A DNA stretch of 64,000 nt from Spirochaetia bacterium (GTDB lineage Bacteria; Spirochaetota; Spirochaetia; SZUA-6; Bin103). Under the pieces are notes generated by a model. It made no database searches. It saw nothing but the letters and a program-made list of their open reading frames with translations, and had not been told where the DNA came from. Shown here piece after piece: positions 27,934 to 37,147 of this stretch. A program made the translations under genes and the position numbers. How positions within the stretch are numbered: position 1 is the stretch's first letter; each line of letters begins with the position of its first letter. The stretch spans positions 7,456,001-7,520,000 of the forward strand of contig CBDBDQ010000005.1 of the NCBI GenBank assembly GCA_965203905.1, written 5' to 3'.

Positions 27934-29280
27934 CTACGTTTCGCGCTCGATGAAATCGAGGCCGCGGCGGGTAATCTCCTGCCACTCGATCTTCGAAGGG
28001 CAGATGTACTCGCAGAGGGCAATGTCCTCCTCCGCGATCTCGTGAATGCCCAGTCCCTCCATCTCGGGGATGTCTTCGGCGAGGATGCTCTTCATCAGGA
28101 ACTCCGGGTACAGGTCCATCGGCAGCACGTCGCGATAGATCCCGGTGGCGATGAAGGCGCGTTCGCCGCCGTGCAGCCCGGTGTGCTTGTGCACCGGCCG
28201 CGACGGCGCCAGCCAGGAGGAGAGGAAGGTGCGTGAGCGGCTGCCGGCCTTGAACCCCGGCAGCACCCAGCCCATGAGTTCCGGTTCCACCACCTCCGGC
28301 AGCAGGGTGAGCGAGCTGTCGAAGAATCCGAGGAAGCCTGCCGGTGTAATCTGCCTCCCGGTAAGGGGGTTTCCCGAGATGTAACGGGTCGTGGCCGGGT
28401 CCGCCACGTCACCGGTGAGCACGTCTACCTGGGCCCCGTGCACGGTACGCAGGTAGCGCGGGCGCGGCGCCGAGGAGCCGGCCAGCGCGACCGTCACCTG
28501 CGGATCGAGGGTGCCGGTGGCGAACAGTGCGCCGATCATCAGCACCCCCTTGAGGGGACAGGTCCAGACCACGTCGTAGCGCCCGGCGATGGGTGCGAGG
28601 TGATGGATGTGGACGCCGACGTTGCCGGCGGGATGGGGGCCGGCGAAGGTGTGCACCTGAACGTTGGCCGGCGCCAGGTCGGGCAGCGCCGGACCCTCGG
28701 GAGCGACGCCCACGTGCACGGTGCCGGGGGTGAGGGCGGCCAGGGCCGCGATGCCAGCGGCGAAGTGATCCTCGCGGCCGGCCAGCAGCCGCTCCGGCTG
28801 CGCCGCCAGCGGCGCGCTGTCCATGACCGAAACGAAGATGTCGCGCGGCACGTTCTCGGGGCTCGCCAGGCGTGCCAGCGGGCGCTGCACCAGGAACGGA
28901 AACAGTCCGGAGCGCAACAGTGCGGTGAGCACCTCTTCGCGCCCGGCGCCGGGACTGGGCACTGCGAACGACTCGGCGCCGGCGTCGCCGTCGGTGCGGA
29001 TCACCACCTCCTGGATGGCGCGCCGGGCGCCGCGGTTCACGTTCACCACCATGCCGCTGGCGGGCGCGGTGAACTGCACCGTCGGGAAGGTCTTGTCGTG
29101 AAAGATGGGGGTGCCGAGCTTGACGCTGGCGCCTTCCTCCACGTCCATGCGGGCGATCAGGCCATGGAAGTCGCTCGGCTTGACCGCCACCGACGCCGGT
29201 GCCGGTGCGTCCTCCAGTTCCTGGTCGGGCACACCCTCGAGCGGAATGTCGTAGCCGCGCTTCAGCTTAATCGTTGCCAT
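27934..29280 (-). CDS. nqrA: Na+-NQR subunit A
   Basis: MATIKLKRGYDIPLEG, GPHPAGNVGVHIH, EEDIALCEYICPSK. Confidence 0.96.
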   Translation of the reverse strand: MATIKLKRGYDIPLEGVPDQELEDAPAPASVAVKPSDFHGLIARMDVEEGASVKLGTPIFHDKTFPTVQFTAPASGMVVNVNRGARRAIQEVVIRTDGDAGAESFAVPSPGAGREEVLTALLRSGLFPFLVQRPLARLASPENVPRDIFVSVMDSAPLAAQPERLLAGREDHFAAGIAALAALTPGTVHVGVAPEGPALPDLAPANVQVHTFAGPHPAGNVGVHIHHLAPIAGRYDVVWTCPLKGVLMIGALFATGTLDPQVTVALAGSSAPRPRYLRTVHGAQVDVLTGDVADPATTRYISGNPLTGRQITPAGFLGFFDSSLTLLPEVVEPELMGWVLPGFKAGSRSRTFLSSWLAPSRPVHKHTGLHGGERAFIATGIYRDVLPMDLYPEFLMKSILAEDIPEMEGLGIHEIAEEDIALCEYICPSKIEWQEITRRGLDFIERET

Positions 29281-29479
29281 TCGGTCTCTCACTCCGGCTC
29301 AGCCGGACGCTGATTCCGCCGTCTGCCGCCCGCACCATCAGCATGCCCCGAGGAGCGCGTGTCGAGAACTCTGCTTGTCGGCGCATGTTGATCAACTTCA
29401 CACGGGTGGTCGACGTTCGACGGGGTTAGCGGTGGATCGTTCCGGCGGCATCTGCGCGCCACATCCCACTGCTGGTTAA

Positions 29480-29508
29480 TATATAGGGAATAACGTCGGC
29501 GTGTGCAA
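29480..29508 (-). promoter_or_regulatory. Putative sigma70 promoter of the nqr operon
   Basis: Minus strand TTGCAC-N17-TATATA in a locally AT-rich stretch. Confidence 0.55.
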
Positions 29509-29574
29509 CCGCCCCTCAGCCCGGAAACGCCGGAATGCCGGAACCAGCGGCTCCGCGCGTCCGGAGGGGCAGGA

Positions 29575-30552
29575 TCAAGCCCGCAGGTGGCCGGCGAGGC
29601 GTTGGACGGCCGCGTCGATCGCCGCCCTTCCCGGCATCGAGGGCTGGGCGCCCGCGTGCTGCACCGAGAGCGCGGCGGCGGCCGTGGCGCGCTGCAGGGC
29701 CGCGTCGGTGGCGGCGCCGGCGGCCAGCGCGGCAGCGAACACACCGCAGAAGCAGTCACCGGCACCGACGGTATCGACCGGGGTTACCGGCAACGCCGGC
29801 TGCCGGTGCAGCTCGGCGGTACCGCCGACGCCGCGGCGTGCCCACAGGCAGCCCTCCGCCCCCAGGGTAACGATCAGGTTGCGCACCGTCCCGTTGGCGC
29901 CCACCAGGGCGCGGGCGGCGGCGGCGATCTCCTGCGGGCCGGCGATCGGCTGCCGCTCGGCGCGCAGCGACGCCAGCTCCAGCTCGTTGACCAGCACGAA
30001 CTCCGCGGCCGAGAGCACGTCCGGCGGCGGAACGGCGGCGGGAGCCGGCGCCAGGTTCCACACCACCCGGGCGCCCGCCGCGTGCCACCTGCGGGCGCAG
30101 GCGAAGGTGGTCGCGGGAGCGATCTCGTTCTGCAGCAGCAGCACTGCCGATGCCGCCCGCGGCGGCGCCACCCGCTCGGCGCCGAACTGCTGATTGGCGC
30201 CGGGTGCCACCACGATCTGATTCTCACCGTGCGCGTCGACCACGATGAGCGCGACTCCCGAGGGATATTCGGGCAGGGTCAGGAGGCCGCCGGCGGCCAC
30301 CCCCGCCTGCTCCAGGCTGGCGCGGCCGGCGCGGCCGAAGGCGTCGTCCCCCACCGCGCCGTAGAACGCGGTGCGCGCCCCGGCACGGGCGGCGGCCACC
30401 GCCTGGTTGGCCCCCTTGCCGCCGGCAAACTGGGAGAAACGCTCGCCGAACAGCGTCTCGCCGCCGGTCGGCAGCCGTTCCACGTAGACCACCAGATCCG
30501 TGTTGATCGATCCCACCACGTAGACACCGGTGGGAGCGCCGCCACCTCTCAC
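29575..30552 (-). CDS. rbsK: Ribokinase / PfkB family sugar kinase
   Basis: VVGSINTDL, GGKGANQAVAAAR, LLQNEI, VTLGAEG, VDTVGAGDCF. Confidence 0.88.
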   Translation of the reverse strand: MRGGGAPTGVYVVGSINTDLVVYVERLPTGGETLFGERFSQFAGGKGANQAVAAARAGARTAFYGAVGDDAFGRAGRASLEQAGVAAGGLLTLPEYPSGVALIVVDAHGENQIVVAPGANQQFGAERVAPPRAASAVLLLQNEIAPATTFACARRWHAAGARVVWNLAPAPAAVPPPDVLSAAEFVLVNELELASLRAERQPIAGPQEIAAAARALVGANGTVRNLIVTLGAEGCLWARRGVGGTAELHRQPALPVTPVDTVGAGDCFCGVFAAALAAGAATDAALQRATAAAALSVQHAGAQPSMPGRAAIDAAVQRLAGHLRA

Positions 30553-31499
30553 GCCGGCGGCTCCACGCGCAGGTCGTCCTTTTCGCCGTGATAGCGGGTT
30601 ACGATCGCTCCCGGTGCCACGTCACGGGTCACCCAGGCGTTGGCGCCGATGATCGCGCCGCGGCCGAGCCGGGTGCGGCCGAGGATGGTGGCACCGGAGT
30701 AGATGATGACGTCGTCCTCGACGATCGGGTGCCGTGGCACACCCTTGATCGGCTGGCCGTGGGCGTCCAGGGGAAAGCTCTTGGCGCCGAGCGTGGCGCC
30801 CTGGTAGATACGTACGTTGCGGCCGATCTCGCAGGTCTCGCCAACTACCACCCCGGTGCCGTGATCGATGAAGAAGCTCTCGCCGATGGCGGCTCCCGGG
30901 TGGATGTCGATGCCGGTGGTGCCGTGGGCATGCTCGGACATGATGCGGGGAATCAGGGGGATATCGAGCAGATACAGCTCATGGGCAATGCGATGCTGGA
31001 TGATCGCCTGGACCCCGGGGTAGCTGAAGATCACCTCGTCGCGGCTGAGCGCCGCCGGATCGCCGTTGTAGGCGGCCTCCACGTCGAGCAGCACCAGCCG
31101 CTGCAACTCCGGCAGCCGCGCCAGCAGGCGGTTGGTGGCGGCGGCGGAGCGCTCCTCGTTGCGGTGGCGCAGGTGCTCGGGGGTGCCGGCGCCGTCACGG
31201 TCCTGCCAGTGGGCGAACACCAGCCCGCGCAGGATCTGCTCCTGCAGGTGGCGCAGCTTCTCCTCCAGGATGGCGCCGATGTGAAAGCTGAGTCCCTCGG
31301 TCATCTGCACCAGGCCGAAATAGCCGGGAAACAGGGCCGAGCGCAGCCCCTCCAGCACGTCGATCAGCACCGGACGCGAGGGCGGCTCGAAGCCGACGCC
31401 GGCGGCGCGGCGCGCGCTCACCGACGGACTGGCGCAGAGTCGGTCCACGATGTCGCCTATGGAGACGTTCGCGCACCTTGCCTGACCGGCCCCTGCCAT
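30549..31499 (-). CDS. cysE: Serine O-acetyltransferase
   Basis: GDPAA, SYPG, TGIDIHPGAAIGESFFIDHGTGVVVGET, RHP. Confidence 0.92.
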   Translation of the reverse strand: MAGAGQARCANVSIGDIVDRLCASPSVSARRAAGVGFEPPSRPVLIDVLEGLRSALFPGYFGLVQMTEGLSFHIGAILEEKLRHLQEQILRGLVFAHWQDRDGAGTPEHLRHRNEERSAAATNRLLARLPELQRLVLLDVEAAYNGDPAALSRDEVIFSYPGVQAIIQHRIAHELYLLDIPLIPRIMSEHAHGTTGIDIHPGAAIGESFFIDHGTGVVVGETCEIGRNVRIYQGATLGAKSFPLDAHGQPIKGVPRHPIVEDDVIIYSGATILGRTRLGRGAIIGANAWVTRDVAPGAIVTRYHGEKDDLRVEPPA

Positions 31500-31506
31500 G
31501 CCGGCT

Positions 31507-31535
31507 GTTGTAGACGAGCACCCGCCGGCGGTCAA
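31507..31535 (-). promoter_or_regulatory. Sigma70 promoter for cysE, probably leaderless
   Basis: TTGACC-N17-TACAAC, 7 nt before ATG 31499, no Shine-Dalgarno. Confidence 0.6.
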
Positions 31536-31640
31536 GCGGGGGCGGAGATTGGAGGTGGAGATGGATGAGATGGTCGCACGGCGATGCGTGATGCTTGATG
31601 CTGGACATCACGCCCGTCTCCCTGGCACGCTGCTGGTCCG

Positions 31641-31865
31641 ATGAGGACCACCCTGAACATCTCCCCCGAAGCGATGGCAAAGGTGCGTCAGCTCGCTCGG
31701 CAGCGGGCCAAGCCTCTGGGCGACATCGTGTCGGAGCTTGTCCTGCAGGCAACGCAGCCGCAGCAGGCACCGGCGGTCAGGAACGGGGTGCCGCTGTTTC
31801 CCGCGCAGCCGGGCGAGCCTCCCGACCTGGCGCTGACCAATCGGTTGCGGGACGCCGAGCCGTGA
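31641..31865 (+). CDS. Type II antitoxin (VapB-like)
   Basis: MRTTLNI...VRNGVPLFP; its stop overlaps the PIN gene start (GTGA). Confidence 0.82.
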   Translation: MRTTLNISPEAMAKVRQLARQRAKPLGDIVSELVLQATQPQQAPAVRNGVPLFPAQPGEPPDLALTNRLRDAEP

Positions 31866-32299
31866 GCTACCTGTTGGATGTCAACTTTCTGGTCACGCTG
31901 TTCGATCCCCGGCACGTCAATCATGAACGCGCTCACACCTGGTTCGCCGCGCACGCCGTGCAGCGCTGGGCGACCTGCTCGATCACCGAGAGTGGCTGCG
32001 TACGCGTGCTGTCGAATCCCTCCTACCCTACGGTGTCGGCGACCCCGGCGGAGGTGATCCACCGCTTGCGGCGCTTCTGCGCAGCCGGCGGACACAGCCT
32101 GTGGCCGGACGACGTCTCGCTCCGAACCAGCTTCGACGACAACGCAGCCGCTCGCCTGCAGGGCTACCAGCAGGTCACCGACTTCCACTTGGTGGCGCTG
32201 GCGGCGCGGCACGGCGGCCATCTGGTCACCTTCGACGGCCACCTGCAGCGCTCCCTCGCCGGCACCTCCCTGGCGCCGAGCGTGGTGCTGGTCAAGTGA
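31862..32299 (+). CDS. PIN-domain toxin (VapC-like)
   Basis: YLLDVNFLVTLFDPRHVNH, TCSITESG, QVTDFHLVALA..HGGHLVTFD. Confidence 0.9.
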   Translation: MSYLLDVNFLVTLFDPRHVNHERAHTWFAAHAVQRWATCSITESGCVRVLSNPSYPTVSATPAEVIHRLRRFCAAGGHSLWPDDVSLRTSFDDNAAARLQGYQQVTDFHLVALAARHGGHLVTFDGHLQRSLAGTSLAPSVVLVK

Positions 32300-32321
32300 T
32301 CGCACGTTACCCGAACCGGCG

Positions 32322-33236
32322 ATGACCGAGGCTGACGCGATAGCAGCCTCGGCACGGCCGCTAACGGAGCCTGCGCTGCGGGTTGACTTGCGTGCGCTCG
32401 GACTGCGCAGTGGTATGACCGTGCTGGTGCACTCGTCTCTCAGCTCCCTGGGTTGGGTCTGCGGCGGGTCGACGGCGGTGATCCGGGCGCTGTTGGCGGC
32501 AGTAGGTTCCGACGGCACCCTCGTGATGCCGGCCCACTCCGCGGGGTCCGATCCGGCCGGCTGGGAGAACCCGCCTGTGCCGCGGTCTTGGTGGGGCACG
32601 ATCCGGGCGACCATGCCACCGTTCGATCCGGCCACCACGCCGACGCGTGCGATCGGAGTGATTCCCGAGCAGTTCCGCACCTTGCCCGGAGTGGACCGCA
32701 GCTTCCATCCGACCGGGTCGTTCACTGCGCGTGGGCCGCTGGCCAAGCGTATCACCGCGGAGCAACGCCTGGAAGACCCGTTCGGAGAGCGATCACCACT
32801 CGCCGCGATCTACGAAGCGGGCGGCTGGATCCTGCTTCTGGGGGTCGGCCATCGGCGTAGTACCATGCTGCACTTGGCGGAGCGCCGGGCGCTGGGCCCG
32901 AACCAGGAGCGGGTGCGGAACGGTGCTTCGCTGCTCGTGGACGGCGCCAGACGGTGGGTGAGCTTCCTTGAACCCGACGTGGACGAATCCGACTTCGAGC
33001 AGGTCGGCAGCGCGTTCGAACGTCAGGACAAGAGCACGAGGAAACAGCCCATCGGGAGTGCCCGTTGCACTATGCTGCCGGCACCGGCCTTGGTCGACTT
33101 CGCCGTGCCCTGGTTCCGGGAGCGGAACCACGCAGGCCTCATGGCAACCACTGTCGCTGCACTGATGCCGCAGCCTCGGTGCGTCGCGGTGCCGGATCTC
33201 TCACAGATCGCTGGAGCTCACGGCGGAGTTCATTGA
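32322..33236 (+). CDS. AAC(3) family N-acetyltransferase (YokD-like)
   Basis: LVHSSLSSLGWVCGG, GTLVMP, GVIPEQFR, RSFHP..SF, ILLLGVG...STMLHLAE. Confidence 0.88.
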   Translation: MTEADAIAASARPLTEPALRVDLRALGLRSGMTVLVHSSLSSLGWVCGGSTAVIRALLAAVGSDGTLVMPAHSAGSDPAGWENPPVPRSWWGTIRATMPPFDPATTPTRAIGVIPEQFRTLPGVDRSFHPTGSFTARGPLAKRITAEQRLEDPFGERSPLAAIYEAGGWILLLGVGHRRSTMLHLAERRALGPNQERVRNGASLLVDGARRWVSFLEPDVDESDFEQVGSAFERQDKSTRKQPIGSARCTMLPAPALVDFAVPWFRERNHAGLMATTVAALMPQPRCVAVPDLSQIAGAHGGVH

Positions 33237-34872
33237 TCGGCGGCTCCCACAACACGTCGAGCGCGGCCGTCACGTCCAGCGGCTCGCCATACCACTCGGG
33301 AGTAGCGGTGTGCGGCCCGATGCTGATGCCGGCCGCCGCCAGCCGCGCCACGGTCGGCGCCAGCGGCTCCCCGGCTCCCTCCCAGCGCGGCGCCGGCGCC
33401 ACCGCCGGCAGTGGCTCGCCATCCGGGCGCAGGAACCGGAACTGCCCGGCACCGTCGGCGACCACCTGAAAGCCCTCTTCGTGCAGCGCGCGGTGGTGGA
33501 AACGACACACCTGGACCAGGTTACTGAGCTTCGTCTCCCCGCCGTCCGCCCAGTGCACGACGTGATGGGCGTCGCAGTGCCGCGAGGTGCAGCCGGGGAA
33601 CTGGCACTGGTTGCGATCCCTGCTCTCAAGCGCACGGCGCAGCGCGGTCGGGATGGTGCGAGTGCGCCGGCCCACGTCGAGCACTCCACCGTCGGCGCCG
33701 TGGTGCAGCACCACGAGGCCCGCATCGCAGGCGACCCGGCGCGCCGTCCGCGCGCCAACGTGGAGCCCACCGGCCTGCTCGATCACCGCTTGGCCGGCTT
33801 CGGGATCGGACACCGGGGCGGCCCGGTCGCACCCGCACGTCGCCGCGGCACGGTGGGGATCGCCGGCGCGCTCGATCAGTGCATGGCCGGCATCGAGGTC
33901 GGCCGCCGAGGCCACCTGGTCGCGACCGTGCGTCGTCGGGCCGTGGGGATCGCCGGAGCGCTCGATCGGTGCCTGGTCAGCGGCGTCCGCCGCCGGCTCG
34001 TCGGGTTCGGAGGCGGCTTCGTTGCCAGGCGCAGTTTCCGCGGAAACGTGTCGCGCGTCGGGGGCCGCCTCTGGGGAGGCAAGCCCGGCCGCGTCCACGT
34101 GCACCGTCACCTGGAAGCGGTCGCCGGCAGTGCCCGGATCGAGGCCGCCGGCCGCGCTCTCGGCCACCAGCCCCAGCGCATCCGCGCGCCGCTGCCCGAT
34201 GCCGCTGTCCTGGTCGTCCGCGGACGCCGGCACCTGCTCCAGCGCCGCCTCCAGGGCGCGCAGCACCACCGCGCCAACCTCCGGCGTCAGCCGCGCGCGC
34301 AGCACCAGCATGCCGTCGTCGTCCACCCGCGTGCTCAGCATGCGCCGCGCCAGGCGCAGCTTCTCGGCATCGGGCTGCGCCGCTCGGTCGGCCTCGCGCC
34401 AGGCCCGCACCAGCCGCTCCACCTGTGCGGCCGTGGCGCCACAGGCGACGGCGATCAGGCGTGCTTCGGTGGCCGGCGTCGCCACCCTCGTGAGGGCGCG
34501 TACGATCGAGTAGGAAAGGCGGCCGCAGGCCATGGCGGCGCTGAGATGGTTCAGGTCCGCGAGCGCCGCCGCGACGCGCAGCTTCTCACGCGCGGCGCCG
34601 AGGTCGAGCCCGATGCGCCAGTTGAGCCAGTGGGCGCAGGAGCGGAAGCCCTCCCAGCCGTGGCGGCGATCGAACTCGCGCAGGTCGCACAGCAGCTCGT
34701 AGTTGGCGGCCTGGATGCGGGCGGAGCGCTCGGCGATGCGGTTGCCGAGCAGGTCCAGGTCGGGCGCCACCAGCGCGCCGGCCAGCGGCGCAACGGGGTG
34801 CTGGATGATCGGCGGATCGGGGCACGCTGCCTGGGTCGGCTGGCGTGGCACGGTGCTCGTGTCGGATGCCAT
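33139..34872 (-). CDS. DUF222 domain HNH endonuclease
   Basis: SCAHWLNWRIG, GRLSYS.VRALTRVA, RRADAL, RRVACDA, LDVGRRTRTIP..LRRAL..RD..CQFPGC...CDAHHVVHWADGGET.LSNLVQVCRFHH. Confidence 0.92.
   Translation of the reverse strand: MASDTSTVPRQPTQAACPDPPIIQHPVAPLAGALVAPDLDLLGNRIAERSARIQAANYELLCDLREFDRRHGWEGFRSCAHWLNWRIGLDLGAAREKLRVAAALADLNHLSAAMACGRLSYSIVRALTRVATPATEARLIAVACGATAAQVERLVRAWREADRAAQPDAEKLRLARRMLSTRVDDDGMLVLRARLTPEVGAVVLRALEAALEQVPASADDQDSGIGQRRADALGLVAESAAGGLDPGTAGDRFQVTVHVDAAGLASPEAAPDARHVSAETAPGNEAASEPDEPAADAADQAPIERSGDPHGPTTHGRDQVASAADLDAGHALIERAGDPHRAAATCGCDRAAPVSDPEAGQAVIEQAGGLHVGARTARRVACDAGLVVLHHGADGGVLDVGRRTRTIPTALRRALESRDRNQCQFPGCTSRHCDAHHVVHWADGGETKLSNLVQVCRFHHRALHEEGFQVVADGAGQFRFLRPDGEPLPAVAPAPRWEGAGEPLAPTVARLAAAGISIGPHTATPEWYGEPLDVTAALDVLWEPPINELRRELQRSVRDPAPRRTEAAASVQRQWLP
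33770..33985. repeat. Imperfect ~90-93 bp internal repeats in the DUF222 gene
   Basis: CTCGATC at 33778, 33871, 33961; protein units IERSGDPH, IERAGDPH, IEQAGGLH. Confidence 0.75.
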
Positions 34873-35219
34873 GAGGCGATGGTACACCCGGTTTTCGGAG
34901 GCCCCTCCTGGCCCCCGGGCTGGCCGTTGGGGCCGGTTTGGCGGTTTCTGATGCAATGCGGTCACGGCGGGCCGGGAGCGCGGGCTGAGGGTGGAACGTG
35001 AGCGAATTTGGGAGGGTCGCGGGACCGACGACATTTTGCCTGTCAGAACCCTGTCAACCCCCTGAAGGCCAAATTAGGCCAAAAATCCAAAGATTTTTCT
35101 CTCGCGCACTCACCCCTCGTTCCACACCGGGACCCGTTTCGCCAGCCGCATCTACCGGCAGCGGCGTCGGGGAGAGCGCGCGGAGTACGTGAGGATCGAA
35201 TCCTCTGAGCGAGCATCGT

Positions 35220-35990
35220 TCAATCTGCCCATCCTCTGGCGCGCATCAGCCGGCGGATCGCCGGCGCCGCGGAGTCGGCCTGCGCGACGCTCCCGCCGGT
35301 GACAACGAAGACGGAGAACTGCTCACTGATGCACCCCGCCGGACAGTCGCCCCACGCGTTGCGAAACACCAGGTACCAGTCACCGTTCACCCGCGCCGCC
35401 GCGATGTCCGGGCCGTCGCCCACAGGCGCATCGGGCTCCGCGTAGCTCACCCCGTCCAGTCTCGCATACGCCGCGGCCGCCGCGACGACGTTGAGCTCGG
35501 GGCCGAAGCAGAAGATGACCCCGAGCGGCTCCAGGAGCCTGGCGCCGCGCAACCCCAGCTTGGCGTTAAGGGTGTCCAACTCCCGATCGCCGGTACGCAG
35601 CGTCATCACCCCGCCGGCGGGATCGAACATGCCCCGCGCCCGCTGCAGCAGCGGCGGCTCCAGCCCAAGGATCAGCATGGACGCGCGATACTGCTCGCGG
35701 GCATGAACTCCGGCAACTTCGGGGTATGCCGCGCGCACCAGTCGCAGGGCGTCCGCGATCTCACGCTGCATCTCGTCCCGGGTTGAGAGATCGATCAGTA
35801 GCTGACCGCTGTCGCGACGCACCATCCGGTCCGCGAGAATGACGGCATCGGAGGGCCGGCTCACGGGAGCTGGGCAGGGGGTCGGCTCTTGCCGTGGAGT
35901 CTCGGTCTCGCCGAGGCCGGCAGCCCAGGCGCTCTGCAGACTGGCGATCGCCACCACGGCGCAGGCAATGGCGGTGCCCGCACAGGTCAC
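35220..35990 (-). CDS. Exported hypothetical protein with WGDCPAGC motif
   Basis: GTG start overlaps the SGNH stop; hydrophobic leader ending AWA; protein-like sequence in the C-terminal part of ORF 35220..37121. Confidence 0.7.
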   Translation of the reverse strand: MTCAGTAIACAVVAIASLQSAWAAGLGETETPRQEPTPCPAPVSRPSDAVILADRMVRRDSGQLLIDLSTRDEMQREIADALRLVRAAYPEVAGVHAREQYRASMLILGLEPPLLQRARGMFDPAGGVMTLRTGDRELDTLNAKLGLRGARLLEPLGVIFCFGPELNVVAAAAAYARLDGVSYAEPDAPVGDGPDIAAARVNGDWYLVFRNAWGDCPAGCISEQFSVFVVTGGSVAQADSAAPAIRRLMRARGWAD

Positions 35991-37003
35991 GGCAGCGGAA
36001 TCTGCGCCGCCACCCGTTCCAGAAAGTGCTCGGCCATCAGCTCGATGCCGTCCGCGTCGGGGTGGCACTGATCCTCGGCGTAGCGGGCGATTTCGTCCAG
36101 GCTGAACAGCTTGAGCCCGTTGAAGTGGTACAAGTTGCGGTCGCCTCGCCGCACCAGGCGGTGGTGGGCGTCTTCGATGTCCGCGCGCATGCCCTGGATC
36201 GTGTACCCCACCACGTTGGGTGTGGTCTCGTGCGGCGGGTAGCCGATCGGCGAGATCAGCGCCAGCGGGGTGTCGGGATGGCCCTCGCGAATGATCTGCA
36301 CCAGGCCGATCACCGCGGCCTTGAAGGTACGGGCGGACAGCGCGCCGCTGCCCATGCAGTTGATGCCCAGCTTGAGCGAGATGAAGTCGGCGGGCAGGTC
36401 GCGGATGGTCATGCCCAGCATCGGCTCCAGGCAGCAGTTGCCGCCGAAACCCAGCGAAGTGAGGTGCAGCCCACGCCGCCGCGCCACGATCGCCGGCCAG
36501 GTACGCGCCGGACTGTGCGCCCGCCGGCAGTGGGTCAGCGAGCTGCCATAGGTGATCCACAGCGGACGGGGGTCGGGAGCCGGCTCGCAGGAACAGCCCG
36601 GACTCACGGCCAGACCGGTGATCTCGATCGGGCTGGTGTGCGGCAGCCACAATTCCACCACCTTGGCGGCGGCGGGCAGCCCGCCGAAGGTCGCCGCCGT
36701 CGCGCCGGGGGCTACCTGAACGGTGGCGGCCAACTCGCCGTCGAGCGTCAGGTCGAGACTGTGGCCCGCCTGCATCGGCTCTCCCCGGAGCGGCAGGAAC
36801 TGCAGTGCGACCGCCGGAGCATCGGTCGTGAAGCGCAGCCGCACGCCGCTGCTCTCCATCGCCCGCCCGATCAGCGCGTCGCCCGGAGCCGGATACAGCT
36901 CCAGCCGGTCGTGGGGCAGCCGCCAGGGCCGCAGCGCTGCATCGACCCGTTGCACCGAAACGGCACCCGAGAAGAAACTCTCGTCGAGCGAGATCCCTTG
37001 CAT
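35987..37003 (-). CDS. SGNH/GDSL hydrolase family protein
   Basis: YGSSLTH (block I), SLGFGG, KLGIN, DQCHP. Confidence 0.88.
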   Translation of the reverse strand: MQGISLDESFFSGAVSVQRVDAALRPWRLPHDRLELYPAPGDALIGRAMESSGVRLRFTTDAPAVALQFLPLRGEPMQAGHSLDLTLDGELAATVQVAPGATAATFGGLPAAAKVVELWLPHTSPIEITGLAVSPGCSCEPAPDPRPLWITYGSSLTHCRRAHSPARTWPAIVARRRGLHLTSLGFGGNCCLEPMLGMTIRDLPADFISLKLGINCMGSGALSARTFKAAVIGLVQIIREGHPDTPLALISPIGYPPHETTPNVVGYTIQGMRADIEDAHHRLVRRGDRNLYHFNGLKLFSLDEIARYAEDQCHPDADGIELMAEHFLERVAAQIPLP

Positions 37004-37070
37004 GACGGCCAGGGTACCACACCGGCAGCGGACACCGCGCCGCCGGGCCGCCGCCGGCGGCGGCCCGCCG

Positions 37071-37099
37071 TTGACCGGCTGGGGTCAGGGTATTACGCT
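37071..37099 (+). promoter_or_regulatory. Sigma70 promoter of the opp operon
   Basis: TTGACC-N17-TACGCT; AAGGAGG before ATG 37148. Confidence 0.65.
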
Positions 37100-37147
37100 C
37101 GCTTGATGAGACGGAGTGCAATGCGCCGCCTCAAGGAGGATCGCTGT

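Noticed and set aside
31623-31640. TGGCACGCTGCTGGT upstream of the antitoxin (similar TGGCAC near 945-957) as a sigma54 promoter
   Set aside because: The -12 TTGC element is missing at the required spacing.
35894-37147. N-terminal extensions of OppA (951 aa), nucleosidase (789 aa), RibA (938 aa) and nitroreductase (582 aa) in the ORF track
   Set aside because: These overlap genuine genes in other frames or strands; downstream starts have SD or -10 signals.
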